Assembly: GCF_009914755.1 (NCBI RefSeq)
Contig: NC_060931.1
DNA length: 64,000 bases
Direction: 5' to 3' (one strand)
Origin: the human T2T-CHM13v2.0 reference genome, Homo sapiens
A model generated the notes under the pieces. That model ran no database searches, was not told the origin of the DNA, and saw only the letters and a list, made by a program, of their open reading frames with translations. The position numbers were made by a program, and so were the translations under genes. Below, piece by piece: positions 38,657-59,720 of the stretch. Within the stretch, counting starts at the first letter, position 1. Each line of letters starts with the position of its first letter.

Positions 38657-39805
38657 AAAAATGGATGATGGGGCTGGGCACGGTGGCTCACACCTGTAAT
38701 GCCAGCACTTTGGGAGGCCAAGAAGGGAGGATGGCTTGAGCCCAGGAGGTCAAGGCTGCAGTGAACCACAATCGCATCATTGCACTCCAGCTTGCATGAC
38801 AGAGCCAGACCCTGAATCTACAAAAACTAAATTAAAAAATTAAGGCCAGGCACAGTGGCTCATACCTGTAATCCCAGCATTTTGGGAGGCCGAGGCAGGT
38901 GGATTACTTGAGGTCAGGAGTTCAAGACCAGCTTGACCAACATGGTAAAACCCTGTCTCTACTAAAACTACAAAAAATTCGCAGGGTATGGTGGCGCACA
39001 CCTGTAAATCCAAGCTACTTGGGAGGATGAGGCAGGAGAATCGCTTGAATCTGGGAGGTAGAGGTCGCAGTGAGCCTAGATCTTGCCATTGCACTCCAGA
39101 CTGGGCAACAAGAGCAAAACTCCATCTCAAAAAAAATTTTTTTTTAATTTAATTTAATTTAAAAATTAGCCTGGGGTGGTGGTACATGCCTGTAGTCCCA
39201 CCTACTCAGGAGATTGAGGCAGGAGGACTGCTCAAGCCCAGGAGCCTGGATAATTATTTAGTTATTTTCATTTTTTGTAGAGATGGGTTCTTGCCATGTG
39301 ACCCAGGCTGGTCTCAAACTTCTGGGCTCAAGCAATGCTCCTGCCTCAGCCTCCCAGAATGTTGGGATTACAGGCATGAGCCACCGAGTCCAGCCATCCT
39401 TGGGTTTTTTCAAAACCCACCTGGCTAGGTTGGAGGTGACCCCGAGTGGAGAAAGGTTAGGAGGCCACCACAGTTGTTTCCATTCCCAAAAGAGATGCTG
39501 GTGGCTTGGGCTAGGGTAGTGACGGTGGCCCATGAAGAGAAGATGAAGTTGAGAGATGTTTAGGAAGTGATGTCTGTTGAGAGAACATGAAAGTGGGTCC
39601 ACGGTGCTCTCAACTAGCCCATCATGCATGATGGAAGGAGGATCTCCCATACATTCAAGAGTTTTGTCTCCACAAGGGCAGCCAGGCTGGGCGCGGTGGC
39701 TCACACCTGTAATCACAGCACTTTGGGAGGCTGAGGGGGGCGGACTACTTGAGGTCAGGAGTTGGAGACCAGCCTGGCCAACATGGTGAAACCCCATCTC
39801 TACTA

Positions 39806-40075
<270 letters not shown>

Positions 40076-40229
40076 CTACTGAATCACTGTTTAAAAATGG
40101 TTAATATATACATATACATGATATACATATACATTACATTACATAAATATGCAAATATAAACAACATATCATTATGCATATGCAACATATGTCAGATGCA
40201 TAGCATGATATGCAACATAAAATACATAA

Positions 40230-40694
<465 letters not shown>

Positions 40695-40776
40695 TAACCA
40701 CCATTCTGTCTGTCTCTGTCAATTTGAATATTCTAGGTACCTCATATTACTGGAATTATACAATATCTCTGTGTGA

Positions 40777-41219
<443 letters not shown>

Positions 41220-42575
41220 TAAATATAATATTTTTCTACAGAGAATGGGAGTGTCACTACATCACCCTGGCTGGTCTCGAATTCCTGGGCCCAAGCAATC
41301 TTCCCATCTCGGCCTCCCAAAGTGCTGGGATTATAGGCATGAGCCACCACTCCTGGCCTGGTCTCTGGTATCTTTATTTTCTATCAGAAAAATAGCATGA
41401 ACATAAAAAGTATCTTGGTTTAACCCATATGCTACTTGGATTTAAATGAGCAGATTTTTAAAAAATGTTTTATCTCTATGGACAATTGTAAACACTCCCA
41501 AAGAAAAAGAAAGGGCTCAGCTAGTTTCTATGGCAACTTAATGTCAGAAACCTAATTCAAAACTCTTAAGACTTATTTTCAGAAACCTTTTTTTTTTTTT
41601 TCCTGAGACAAGGTCTCACTGTGTCGCCCAGGCTGGAGTGCAGTGGTGCAATTGTAACTTGCAGCAGCCGTTACTTCCCAGCCTCAATCAATCTTCCCAC
41701 CTCAGCCTACTGAGCAGCCGGCACCACAGGCATGCGCCACCATGCCTAGCTGATTATTATTATTTTTTTTTCCGAGACAGAGTCTTGCTCTGTCACCCAG
41801 GCTGGAGGGCAGTGGCATGATCTCAGCTCACTGCAACCTCCACCTCCCAGGTTCTAAGTGATCCTCCTGACTCAGCCTCCAGAGTAGCTGGGATTACAGG
41901 CATGCACCACCACGCCGGGTTAATTTTGTATTTTAGTAGAGACGGAGTTTCACCATGTTGGCCAGGCTGGCCTCGAACTCCTGACCTCAGGTAATCCACG
42001 TGCCTCGGCCTCCCAAAGTGCTGGGATTACAGGCGTGCGCCACTGGACCCGGCAGGGGCTGATTTATGATTATTATTTTTTTGTAGAGACAGGGCCTTGT
42101 CATGTTGTCCAGGCTAGTCTTAAACTCCTGGGCTCAAGCAATCCTCCCACCTTGGCCTCCCAAAGTGCTGAGATTACAGGCATGAGCCACCACACTCAAT
42201 CTTCAGAAACTTCTTTAAGGGGCTGGGCGAGGTGATGCTGGTTGGGAATCGTATTTTCAACTTCTTTTTGCTATTTTTATTTATTCATTCATCAAATCAC
42301 TGCTGAGCGCCTAAATCTAGGTCAGTCCTAGGCTAGGCACTGGGGAATAAAATGTGGATGAGAGGTAGGGTGTCGGCTGGAGGTTTGGTCATTTAAGAGA
42401 GGCTGCAGGTATCCCTGAGAGAAACTGTTCACTGACGACACTAGGGCGTATACCATCCTGGTAGGAGAATATATTTGGGGCAAAGTGAAGATGCCCACTG
42501 TTTTACCCAGGAAAGAGTCTGAGGTCCTGCTCTAGGTATCCTGAATTGTCTACTTCTTTTTTTTTTTTTTTTTGA

Positions 42576-42734
<159 letters not shown>

Positions 42735-43214
42735 TAGTAGAGACGGGGGTTTCTCCACGTGGGTCAGGCTGGTCTTGAACTCCCAACCTCAGGTGATCTG
42801 CCTGCCTCGGCCTCCCAAAGTGCTGGGATTACAGGCGTGAGCCACCACACCCGGCCTGAACTGTCTACTTCTAAGCCACTGTATGTTTCTGATTGCAAGG
42901 TGGGATCTATTTTTGCACTTTTTAAAAACTTGAGGCTGGGCACAGTGGCTCATGCCTTAATCCCAGCACTTTGGGAAGCCAAGCAGGGTGGATCACTTGA
43001 GTCCAGGAGTTTGAGACCAGCCTGGGCAACATCGTGAGGCCCCCGTTTCTACCAAAAAAATACAAAAAATTAGCCAGGTGTGGTGGTGTGTGCCTATAGT
43101 CCCAGCCTCCTGGGAGGCTGAGCTGGGAGGATTGCCTGAGCCCAGGAGGTCAAGGCTGCAGTGAGCCGAGATCACACTACCACATTCCAGCCCGAAGAGC
43201 GAAACTCTGTCTCA

Positions 43215-44565
<1,351 letters not shown>

Positions 44566-44797
44566 AAAAGAACAGTCTAGCACAGTGCTGGCCATATAAA
44601 GGCTCAATAAATGTTTGCTGAAAGTTAAAAAAAAAAAAAAAAAAAAAAAAGCCAGGCGCAGTGGTTCATTCCTGTAATCCCAGCACTTTAGGAGGATGAG
44701 GTGGGAGAATTACTTGAGCCCAGGAGTTCGAGACCAGCCTAGGCAACATGGCAAAACCCTGTCAAAACCCTGTCTCTCCAAAAAATATGCATATTTA

Positions 44798-44947
<150 letters not shown>

Positions 44948-45615
44948 TCACAACAGAAACAAAATCTTGAGGTGTCTAGTCCTGGCCTCAGCCTCAGAAT
45001 ATTTGTTTCTGAACATGTTAGTTTTGGGGGTTGGGGATGCTGGTTTGATTTCCTCCTTTTTGCCTTTTGAGTGTGTGCAATTTATGGTATAGCTGGGAAA
45101 CGTCAAAGTCAAGAGTTTTGTAGGAAAGTCACGTCACTTAGCCCTGTCTCCTGTGCCGGGTGAGACCTGTGTGTGCACTTGGTGACAATGGCTTTGAGTC
45201 TGTCAACTCCAGACTGAGGTCAGCCTTACACACCCATAGTTCCCAAAGCTGAAAACAGGCCTGCCTCCAACGGTACCTGCTAATATCAGGGGAGCCTTTT
45301 CAGCTTACAGAGCACCCTGTATGTGTTTGTCTTAGTTCAGGCCACCATCTCCACCTTACCAGGCATCTAGAACCTTCTCCACACTTTGCCAACAGGGTTC
45401 GTTTGCAGAATTGAAATCTTAGTTAAGGTTTGTTGAAGTTTGTTGTTGTTTTTTTTTTTTTTTTACAATTGGCTGTTCCCACCCACATTCCCTTGAGACA
45501 TAAATAGAAAAAAAAAAAAAAAGAGGTTTCATGAGTAAGACAAGACATTTGAGCTGCATCCACTTGATCCTTGAAAAGGAAATCTAAGAGGTTGTAACTA
45601 TCACTTTTTCTAGCC

Positions 45616-45622
45616 TATATAA
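45616..45622 (+). promoter_or_regulatory. OCM: Candidate OCM TATA box (TATATAA)
   Basis: Lies in an Alu-free island ~90 nt upstream of a consensus donor ACG|GTGAGT. Confidence 0.6.
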
Positions 45623-45644
45623 GGTAGGTCAGTAAGGTAGCAAA

Positions 45645-45710
45645 AACACATCTGTTGTTTTGCTCCTTCAACTCTTTTTCCTGATTCTTCCTGGGGGGAA
45701 ACCGAAAACG
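45645..45710 (+). other. OCM: Candidate non-coding first exon of OCM (start approximate)
   Basis: TATA+~30 start; strong donor at 45711; acceptor tag| at 46631-46633 just before the ATG; parvalbumin-family genes have a non-coding exon 1. Confidence 0.55.
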
Positions 45711-46640
45711 GTGAGTAACTGGTGGACACATCAGACCCCAGACTCTTTTCTTCACTGCATGCATTCATATTAGGCTCAGGTGCTTAGACTCCTGTTTTCC
45801 GGTGGCTCTGACACCTGGAAGGATTTTAATCTCTGGGAGATGGGCTTTTCATCCATCTGCTTCCCACCTTTCAGGACAGGTGCATGCCTTCTTCCACAGA
45901 ATGTCTGCAAGCAGCCCAAACTGTATCCTTTCCCACGTGGAATTTGCAACATTGCATCTCTCGGGCTGCTGTAGGAAAATGCCAGTGCATGTGTAACATG
46001 GTTTACGGCTGCCTATGCAAATGACTGATTATGTCAGTATAATTTTTATAAGAAAACAATTGAATCCTTCTTTGGGTCATTTTTTTTTTCCATTTTTGGC
46101 ATGTATTCAAAAGAAGGCTCTGAGACAAAAAAGGCTGGGGTGTTTTCCGTATCTGGTTTTAATTTGGATATTCTGTCCCGTCACTTAATACAAAACCATG
46201 CTTATCACATTTTAAAAATTCTAGACAGGCCTGGCTCGGTGGCTTGCATCTGTCATCCCAGCACTTTGTGAGGCCAAGGCAGGCAGATCACCTGAGGTCA
46301 GGAGCTCAAGACCAGCCTGGCCAACATGGCAAAACCCCGTCTCTACTAAAAACACAAAAATTAGCCAGGCATGGTAGTGCGCACCTGTAATCCCAGCTAC
46401 TGGGAAGGCTTAGGCAGGAGAATCACTTGAGCCCAGGAGGCGGAGGTTGCGGTGAGCCGAGATCACGCTCTTGCACTCCAGCCTGGGTGACAGAGTGAGA
46501 CTCCGTCTTAATTTAAAAAAAAAAATAATCTAGACACACATACAGTTTCAGTGGGCCTGGGAAGATGTGTTTCCCCTGGATGTGCACATTCCTGTTTGTG
46601 GCTTATCGCCTCTCATTTATTCTGTGTGAGTAGGTAGAAA

Positions 46641-46701
46641 ATGAGCATCACGGACGTGCTCAGTGCTGACGACATTGCAGCAGCGCTCCAGGAATGCCGA
46701 G
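46641..46701 (+). CDS. OCM: Oncomodulin (beta-parvalbumin) coding exon 1
   Basis: MSITDVLSADDIAAALQECR+G, 61 nt, donor G|gtagag. Confidence 0.98.
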
Positions 46702-47530
46702 GTAGAGGGGACGTGAGGCGGGGGTGGGATTTCCTCACAGCTTTGCACCTCCAGCGAGTCAACACAAAATCAAAATGTAGGCCAGGCGGCCAGACGCAGT
46801 GGCTCACACCTGTAATCCCAGCACTTTGGGAGGCCGAGGCGGGTGGATCACGAGGTCAGGAGTTCGAGACCAGCCTGGCCAAGATGGTGAAACCCCATCT
46901 CTACTAAAAATACAAAAAAATTAACCGGGCGTGGTGGTGGGTGCCTGTAATCCCAGCTACTCGGGAGGCTGAGGCAGAGAATTGCTTGAACCCGGGAGGC
47001 AGAAGTTGCAGTGAGCTGAGATCATGCCACTGCACTCCAGCCTGGGCAACAGAGCAAGACTCTGTCTACAAAAAAAAAAAAAAAAAGTAGACCAGGCATG
47101 GTGGCTCACATCTGTAATCCCAACACTTTTTGGAGGCCAAGGTGAGAGGACTGTTTGAGCCCAGGAGTTTGAGACCAGCCTGGGCAACATAGGAAGACTC
47201 CATCTCTACAACATAACAATAAAAATAAAAACTAGCGGGGCATGGTGGCATGTGCCTGTGGTCCCAGCTACTCTGGAAACTAAGGTAGGAGGATCACTGA
47301 AGCCCAGGAGGTTGAGGCTGTGGTGAGCTATGATCGCTACACTGCACTCCAGCTTGGACGACAGAGTGAGACTCTGGCTCTAAATAAATAAATAAATAAA
47401 TAAATAAGAGGTTGGCTGGAAAATTCATGGAATCAGAGAAGAAAACTGCTATTTATTAGATAACTAAAATTATAGAGATCTGGGATCTGAGCACACGATT
47501 ACACATCTGTAAGACAAAAGAAACCTACTA

Positions 47531-47920
<390 letters not shown>

Positions 47921-48226
47921 CTACCAATTAGACCAGGGATGCTGGGGGCTCAGCCACACAGCCTGTAAAGTGGGCCAGGGGGAGGGGGAGGCACAGAAGA
48001 GATGAGGAGGGAAAAGGAAAATGGACAAAACCAAGTGGAGGAGGGAAGACTGGGGCGGAGGGGACATGGGATGCCATCACAGAGCCATCAAGTCTTGGCT
48101 GTCCCAAAATCTTGGACCAGTTGAGCATCCCCGTAGCTCAGGGATATTGTTGAAGTGTTTTTAATTATCTGTGTTTTTAGTACCTTGGCCCCAACATAGA
48201 ATGTGATCCAACAAGCGTCAGAATAA

Positions 48227-49124
<898 letters not shown>

Positions 49125-49568
49125 TTAAAAACACTAAAAACTTAAAAATGGGCCAGGCACTGTGGCTCACACCTACAATCCCAGCCCTTTGGGAGGCTGA
49201 GGTGGGTGGATTGCTTGAGTGAGCCCAGGGGTTCCAGACCAGTCTGGGGAACATGACAAAACCTTGTCTCTACAAAAAAAAATACAAATGTTAGTGGGGC
49301 ATGGTGGGGTGCACCTGTAGTCCCAGCTACTCAGGAGGTTGAGGCAGGAGGATTGATTGAGCCCAGGAAGTCGAGGCTGCAGTGAGCCATGATGGTATCA
49401 CTGCATTCCAGCCTGGGTGACAGAGCAAGACCCTGTCTCAAAAACAAACAAACAAACAAAACCTTAAAAATGAAGTGCCCACCATTGGTTTCTACAGCTT
49501 AAGGAAACCTTTGCTTGCTAAGACCTTGGTTAATTATTGCCGGTGCTGGAAACAGGTGATATGCTTAG

Positions 49569-49856
<288 letters not shown>

Positions 49857-50574
49857 TAAACTTACCGAGCCTCAGTCTTCTCATCTGTAAAATGGGACTA
49901 AAGTAAGGATGCAAATGATGTGTGTAAAAACCCTGGCATAATGCTCGGTAGGTACTATAGAAGCTGGTCACACTGGTCATTGTCTATGAGCTGCAAAATA
50001 TCCTTCACCTGACTAGGGGACTAGCTAGCCACCTGGCCAATTATTTGCACCTGCCAACCATAATGCACCTGCATAAAGCGCGAGGTATTTCTACCAGTGG
50101 GGTTTGAACCCCTCAGAATAAGGGAAAGATTTACATCCTCAGACCAGGGTCCATTGGCATGCGTAGGAAGCCCTCTTCGTCTTCAAGGGTTTAGACAAAT
50201 ATATTTTATTGGACATTAGCCCGCCAAGGGGATAATATTAAACAGAGAACAAATAAGCCAACCTCATTTATTGAGTCTTCCATAGGCCGAATCCTAGGTT
50301 TGAGCTTTAGAATACACTAGCACAGCTGTAGGACTATTTTCACTTGATTTTGTCATGTTGCTAGCGTGCTTTTTAACTGCTTTGTGCCTGCCAACTCAGC
50401 AGAACATATGATGGTCCTTCTGGTGGTGCTAATTTGAAATTTAAAACTGCTACGTTAGATGCTTATTAAAAAAAAAAAAACCTGTTCAAAATTATACCAC
50501 TATCGCTTACTACATGGGAGTTAATGCAGATAGATAGCTCATAAAAACAGATTAGGTAAGGGGGGATTGCCTTA

Positions 50575-50871
<297 letters not shown>

Positions 50872-51335
50872 TCAAAAGAAAAAAAAAAAACATAACCATG
50901 AAGGATTTCCAAATAAACAAAGCTTACCAATAAATATAAAGCAAGTCCCCAGTTTTTTATATCAATCTGTAACATCCATACCTTGTTATTATTACTATTA
51001 TCCTTCTTTTAGTAACAGAAACGTTTGGAGTTTGGTTCAATGGAGGAAAGTCAGTTCAAAGTCCCACCCTATCAAATATATCCTAAAAATGCAATACCCA
51101 GCTACGGAATAGAGAAAGAAAATCTCCCCTTCCTGTCTGAAATTGACCAGACAAAAAGTTAAATGTTCACAGATGGTCACAGGTAATTCCACTGAATTCA
51201 TGCATTATCAGGGAGAAATGATAGGCTTGACAAGTTCTAATTCAAAGACCTCTATTGCAAAGCTGAAGATGTTTGTTAAATAAGATTATTCAGAGAAATG
51301 GAACCCTGTGAACTTCCTCGAGATATAGTCATTGA

Positions 51336-51599
<264 letters not shown>

Positions 51600-51817
51600 T
51601 GATCCACCCGCCTCGGCCTCCCAAAGTGCTGGGATTACAGGCATGAGCCACTGTGCCCGGCCAGTTTTTCTTTCTTTTGTGCCCTCCAAGGGGGCCATGC
51701 CCATCATCTGACAATTTTCTTTGCTTCCTTCCCTCTTTGGAATTCTCATTGGCCACGGCACGTCTGTAAAGAACCAAGCCACCTCCACTGACCCTGTTCT
51801 CACCTCTTCTGTTCTAG

Positions 51818-51843
51818 AATTCCAGGAAATGGTGCATTCTTAA
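51818..51843 (+). CDS. OCM: Oncomodulin coding exon 4 (EFQEMVHS-stop)
   Basis: gttctag| AA TTC CAG GAA ATG GTG CAT TCT TAA; the four exons sum to 330 nt = 109 aa + stop. Confidence 0.98.
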
Positions 51844-52089
51844 AAGCCCCAGTCTCTGGAGAAAAGAGAGAAAGGGATAATCACCTGGAAGGATTCCAAA
51901 GCCCTGGGAATGGGGAACCCCACATCCCATCCCTACCTAATTTGTTAATTTTCCCTGAAAACCTTCTGCAGTTTGCTCATTGTTTTAGTGAGGTCACGAG
52001 GGAGTCACTCCTGACTTTCTTGGTGGTGGGTATATGCCCTGACAACTTCTGTAAGCCCCCCTTCCCCCAACAGGCAATGCCTCTAAAAA

Positions 52090-52727
<638 letters not shown>

Positions 52728-52792
52728 TAGAAAGCCACTTTGATTTAATTAAAAGCAAAAGGTACAAGACAAAACAGAATACGTGTCTGTAG

Positions 52793-53705
<913 letters not shown>

Positions 53706-53789
53706 TAGGCCTCCCAAAGGATTCCAAGCCACAATTAGGCATAAGACACCATACCTGGCCATCTTCTTCTTCTCTGAGAAACAAGCTAT

Positions 53790-53820
<31 letters not shown>

Positions 53821-53845
53821 GAAACGAGCCCTCAGAGAGGCTCAC

Positions 53846-55145
53846 CTGCTGTCACCCAGTCCTCTGACACCTCCCGCTTCTCTTTCTCAGCCACTGGCTT
53901 CCTGGCTCTAAGGCGATTCACCTAAGCCCAATACACCTAGCCTTGCCTTCGGTTTGAGGTGAGCCTCCGGGGTTCTGTTACAGGGCTGTCATTAGGGCTG
54001 GGCAGTCTTAAGCCAGGAAATTCTCACCAGGCTGGTTTCCAGGTGGCACATTAAAGCTCTTCTCTTGGGCTAACCCTGTGAGTTGAGGACTCCTGGGAAC
54101 AATTGAGGCATTTTCTGGAGAGCTTGTGTAAAAGCTCACACTTTTTACTAAACCCTCCAGCTCACAAGAGGCCTTGGGGCTCTTCCAGATTGCTTCGGGC
54201 ACACTAACCAGCTTAGTGGCTTTTGAGCCTTTGTTTTCCAGAGGGTCATGTTAAATGTGGTTCCTCAAAGTATGGGGCACATACTAGCAGGGGGCCTCAA
54301 GATGACTTAGGGTGACAGGCACAAACTTTTTTTTTAACAGTATCACTCTCAGCATAGTGACTTTTTTTGTTTTTGTTTGTTTTTTGAGACAGTCTCACTC
54401 TGTCGCCCAGGCTGGAGTGCAGCAGCTCGTTGCAACCTCTGCCTCCCAGGTTCAAGTGATTCTACTGCCTCAGCCTCCTGAGTAGCTGGGATTACAGGCA
54501 TGCACCACCACACCCAGCTAAGTTTTGTATTTTTAGTAGAGACGGGGTTTCACCATGTTGGCCAGGCTGGTCTCGAACTCCTGACCTCTGGTGATCCACC
54601 TACCTAGGCCTCCCAATGTGCTGGGATTACAGGTGTGAGCCACCACACCTGGCTGAGCCTTGATTCTTAAAACAATCCACATTTTGCCTTCACCGCCACA
54701 GCGTACACTGGTATTCTGCTCTGCTATTTTCTTTTCACTCCACCGACAGTCCCCAGCTAAGGATTCTTTATCTCATCAACAGTTCTAAATGGGTGATTCT
54801 GTCGTTCCATGGGGCTTCTGGCCACCATAGACACCTCAAAGAAACAACGTGGATGATAGCGCTTTTTAAATCACAGTTGTGAGTTTTCCACGGACCAAGA
54901 ACTCCATTACCCACTGGAGCTGCCAAGACAACCTCACCCTAATCTAGGTTAAGAGCATGGATTTCTCTCTCTCTCTCTTTTTTTTAATAGAGATGGAGTG
55001 TCTCACTATGTTGGCCAGGGTGGTTTTGAACTCCTTGTCTCAAACGGTCCTCCCTCCTCAGCCTCTGAAAGTGCTGGGATTACAGGCATGAGCCGTATGT
55101 CCAGCCTAATTTCTCTTATTTCTTTTCTGTCAATCAGGAGGGCAC
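53846..55145 (-). pseudogene. Candidate large internal exon of the same decayed gene, interrupted by Alu and other insertions
   Basis: Acceptor catttttcctattcag| at 55146, donor CAG|gtgag at 53845; frame continues across an excised Alu monomer; S/P-rich stop-poor translation. Confidence 0.45.
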
Positions 55146-56128
55146 CTGAATAGGAAAAATGACTAAAGGGGTTATATGGAGCTGCCAGGGGACACTGTGT
55201 CATTAAGTCTTACATAGCAAGACCCCATCTCTACAAAAATAAATTCGTGCCCAGAGAGGTTTACTCGTATTCATAGGAGGAATTAAATACCCCAAGAGCA
55301 TTCCCCAAATCCAAACACCACAGTTAAAAACTGGTGTGAGTAAAGACGAGACTATTAGCATTGGATTAGGTCAAGACTATTAGGCCTGACTGTCTTAGGG
55401 AAAATGCTTAGATGTATACAAAGGGATAAATAGCCAGAAAAAAATTTTTTTTCTTTTTTTGAGTCAGAGTCTCGCTCTGTTGCCCAGACTGCAGTGCAGT
55501 GGCGCAATCTCAGCTCATGCAACCTCCACCTCCCAGGTTCAAGCAATCTCTCGCCTCAGCTTCCTGAAAGCTGAGATTACAGGTGTGCACCACCATGCCC
55601 AGCTAATTTTTGTATTTTTTGTAGACACAGGGTTTTGCCATCTTGGCCAGGCTGGTCTCAAACTCCTGGCCTCAAGTGATCCACCCGCCTTGGCCTCCCA
55701 AAGTGCTGGGATGACAGGCGTGAACCACTGCACCTGGCTGGATTTTCTATAGGTAGAATTTTAGTTGGTTATTCACAAATTATATTCATTTTACTGTTTC
55801 AAAACTACAATTCAAAGGGACAATTATTTTTGTCCATTTCAAATAACAGTACACTACTTTTTCATTCTTCCAACCCGATCTTAGGGACTTCATTTCAGAG
55901 TCTCTGTCAACAGACAATAAGCAGCAATAATGAAGCACTATCTCTATTTAACACCCAAGAAGTGCCAGGTGGTACACTTACATGAAACCTAATAATCTCG
56001 TCTTTACCCATACTGAAGTGTAATTATGTTATTTGGATTCTGGGTGTGCTCCGGTGGGGTTGAGTGGGATTTATTTCACCTGTGCATACAAGTAAAACTC
56101 TCTGGGGATTAGAAAAAAATTTTTTTAG

Positions 56129-56347
<219 letters not shown>

Positions 56348-56650
56348 TGAGCCTCCCAAAGTGCAGGGATCACAGGCATGAACCACCATGGCTGGCCTCT
56401 TTGCACATTTGAGCATATTCATTAATTAGCACTTTTTGATTTCGTTGTTATTTTTCTAAGTTTGCATTTTGTAAAAAAAAAAAAAAAAAAAAAGGAGCAT
56501 TTCCAAGTCTTTGATGGGAAGTATAATTTGAAAATAATTTTTTCAAGTTACCTGAGTTTAGTCATTACATGAATTTCATACAAATTTCCTATTCAACATG
56601 TATCTCACAATAAAAAGAATGAAAGGAGATGCAGTAAAATTTTAATCCTA

Positions 56651-57091
<441 letters not shown>

Positions 57092-58031
57092 TTAAAAAAG
57101 ACCAGTCTGGACAACATAGGGAGACCGTGTCGCTACAAAAAAACTTAAAAATTAGCTGGGTGTGGTAGCATGCACCTGTGGTCCCAGCTACTCGGGAGGC
57201 TGAGGTGGGAGGATCCCTTGAGCCTGGAAGTTGAGGCCACAGTGAGCCATGATCATGCCACTACACTCCAATCTGGGTGATAGAGTGAGACCCTGTCTCA
57301 AAAATAAATTAATAAAATAAATAAAATGAAAAGAGATGCAGAGTTTGCCCAATAATTATCATTAAACCAAAGTAGTAATAAATTCTTTATTCTTTATTTT
57401 TTATTTTTATTTTTGAGACAGAGTCTCGCTCTGTTGCCCCCAGGCTGGAGTGCAGTGGCGTGATCTTGGCCTACTGCAACATCTACCTCCTGAGTTCAAG
57501 TGATCTTCCCACCTCAGTTTCCCAAGTAGCTGGGATTATAAGTGCCTGCCACCATGCCCAGCTAATTTTTGTATTGTTACTTGAGATGGGGTTTCACCAT
57601 GTTGGCCAGGCTGGTCTCAAACTCCCAACCTCAGGTGATCCACCCGCCTCAGCCTCCCAAAGTGCTGGGATTACAGGCATGAGCCACCGCACGTGGCCCA
57701 AAGTAGTAATAAATTCTGATTTCAAAAAAATCTTTCATGCCTAGAGTGTGTCCCACACTCAAATTAATGAAAGCTTGGCATGCTATTCTGTTCCCAAAAT
57801 TTCTATTCATTGTTTGACTCATTTGCATGTATTTTCATGTACTGAAGGAGACTGTTAAATATAACATACCCAAAACGAAATCAAAACTCTAGAGAAAATT
57901 AGAACAATCCAGAAAAGGGATTGACAGACATATAACCAACTTTATCTTTGCGCTTGCCTTCTCAATTTTTACCTAATTTGTAGATGACCACAGGTCTACC
58001 TCAAGAGAGCTTGTTCTCAGCACCAAAATGA

Positions 58032-58463
<432 letters not shown>

Positions 58464-58841
58464 TAGCAAGATCCCATCTCAAAATTTAAAAGTTAGCTGG
58501 GCGTGGTGGTGCGGCTATTGTCCCAACTATTCAGGAGGATGCCTTGACCCACGGAGTTGGAGGCTACAGTGAGCTGTGATCGCACCACTGCACTCCAGTC
58601 TGGATGATAGACCAACAACCTAGCTCAAAAAAAAAAAAGAAAGAAAGAAAGAAAGAAAGAAAGAAATGAAGGTCTAGATTGCAACGTAGGTCACAGAGTT
58701 GAAAAACTAGGCATCCTATTATTTTCCCTAATTGCTGATAAAACAGGACTGGAAGTGTGGGCTTTCATTTTGACCATTTTTACTTAATTGTAATTTTGGC
58801 TTATAGTTTGGGAGAGTAGTTCATATTTTGGTAGGACATGA

Positions 58842-59256
<415 letters not shown>

Positions 59257-59477
59257 AAAACCAGCTTTGTGAATGTTTAGTTGTTGACTAATAAGAATTA
59301 TTAAAATACTTCAAACATTATCTAGTATTTTGCTTCAGCATCTGTACATGATGAAGTATTTATAAGATTTTGTAAATACTATAAGTACCACTAATTAGTA
59401 AATACTTTAGCAATTTGTAAATACTAAGTATTTTAATATTTAGCACTACTATATAATTGCACAAAATCTAATTAATT

Positions 59478-59720
59478 AGTATTTTGTAATAGTTATTTGC
59501 TAAGTACTGCTACTCAGTAAATATGTTAGTATTTTGTAAGTAGTCATTTGCTAAGTACTGCTACACAGTAAATACTTTCATATTTTGTAAGCAGTCATTT
59601 GCTAAGTACGGCTATTCAGTAAATGTTTTAGTATTCTGTAGGTAGTCATTTGCTAAGTACTGATACTCATAAATGCTTTAGGATTTTGTAAGTAGTTATT
59701 TACTAAGTAGTAGTACTTAG
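59478..59720. repeat. Degenerate 51-bp AT-rich minisatellite (~5 copies)
   Basis: ATTT(G/A)CTAAGTA anchors at 59495, 59546, 59597, 59648, 59698. Confidence 0.9.
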
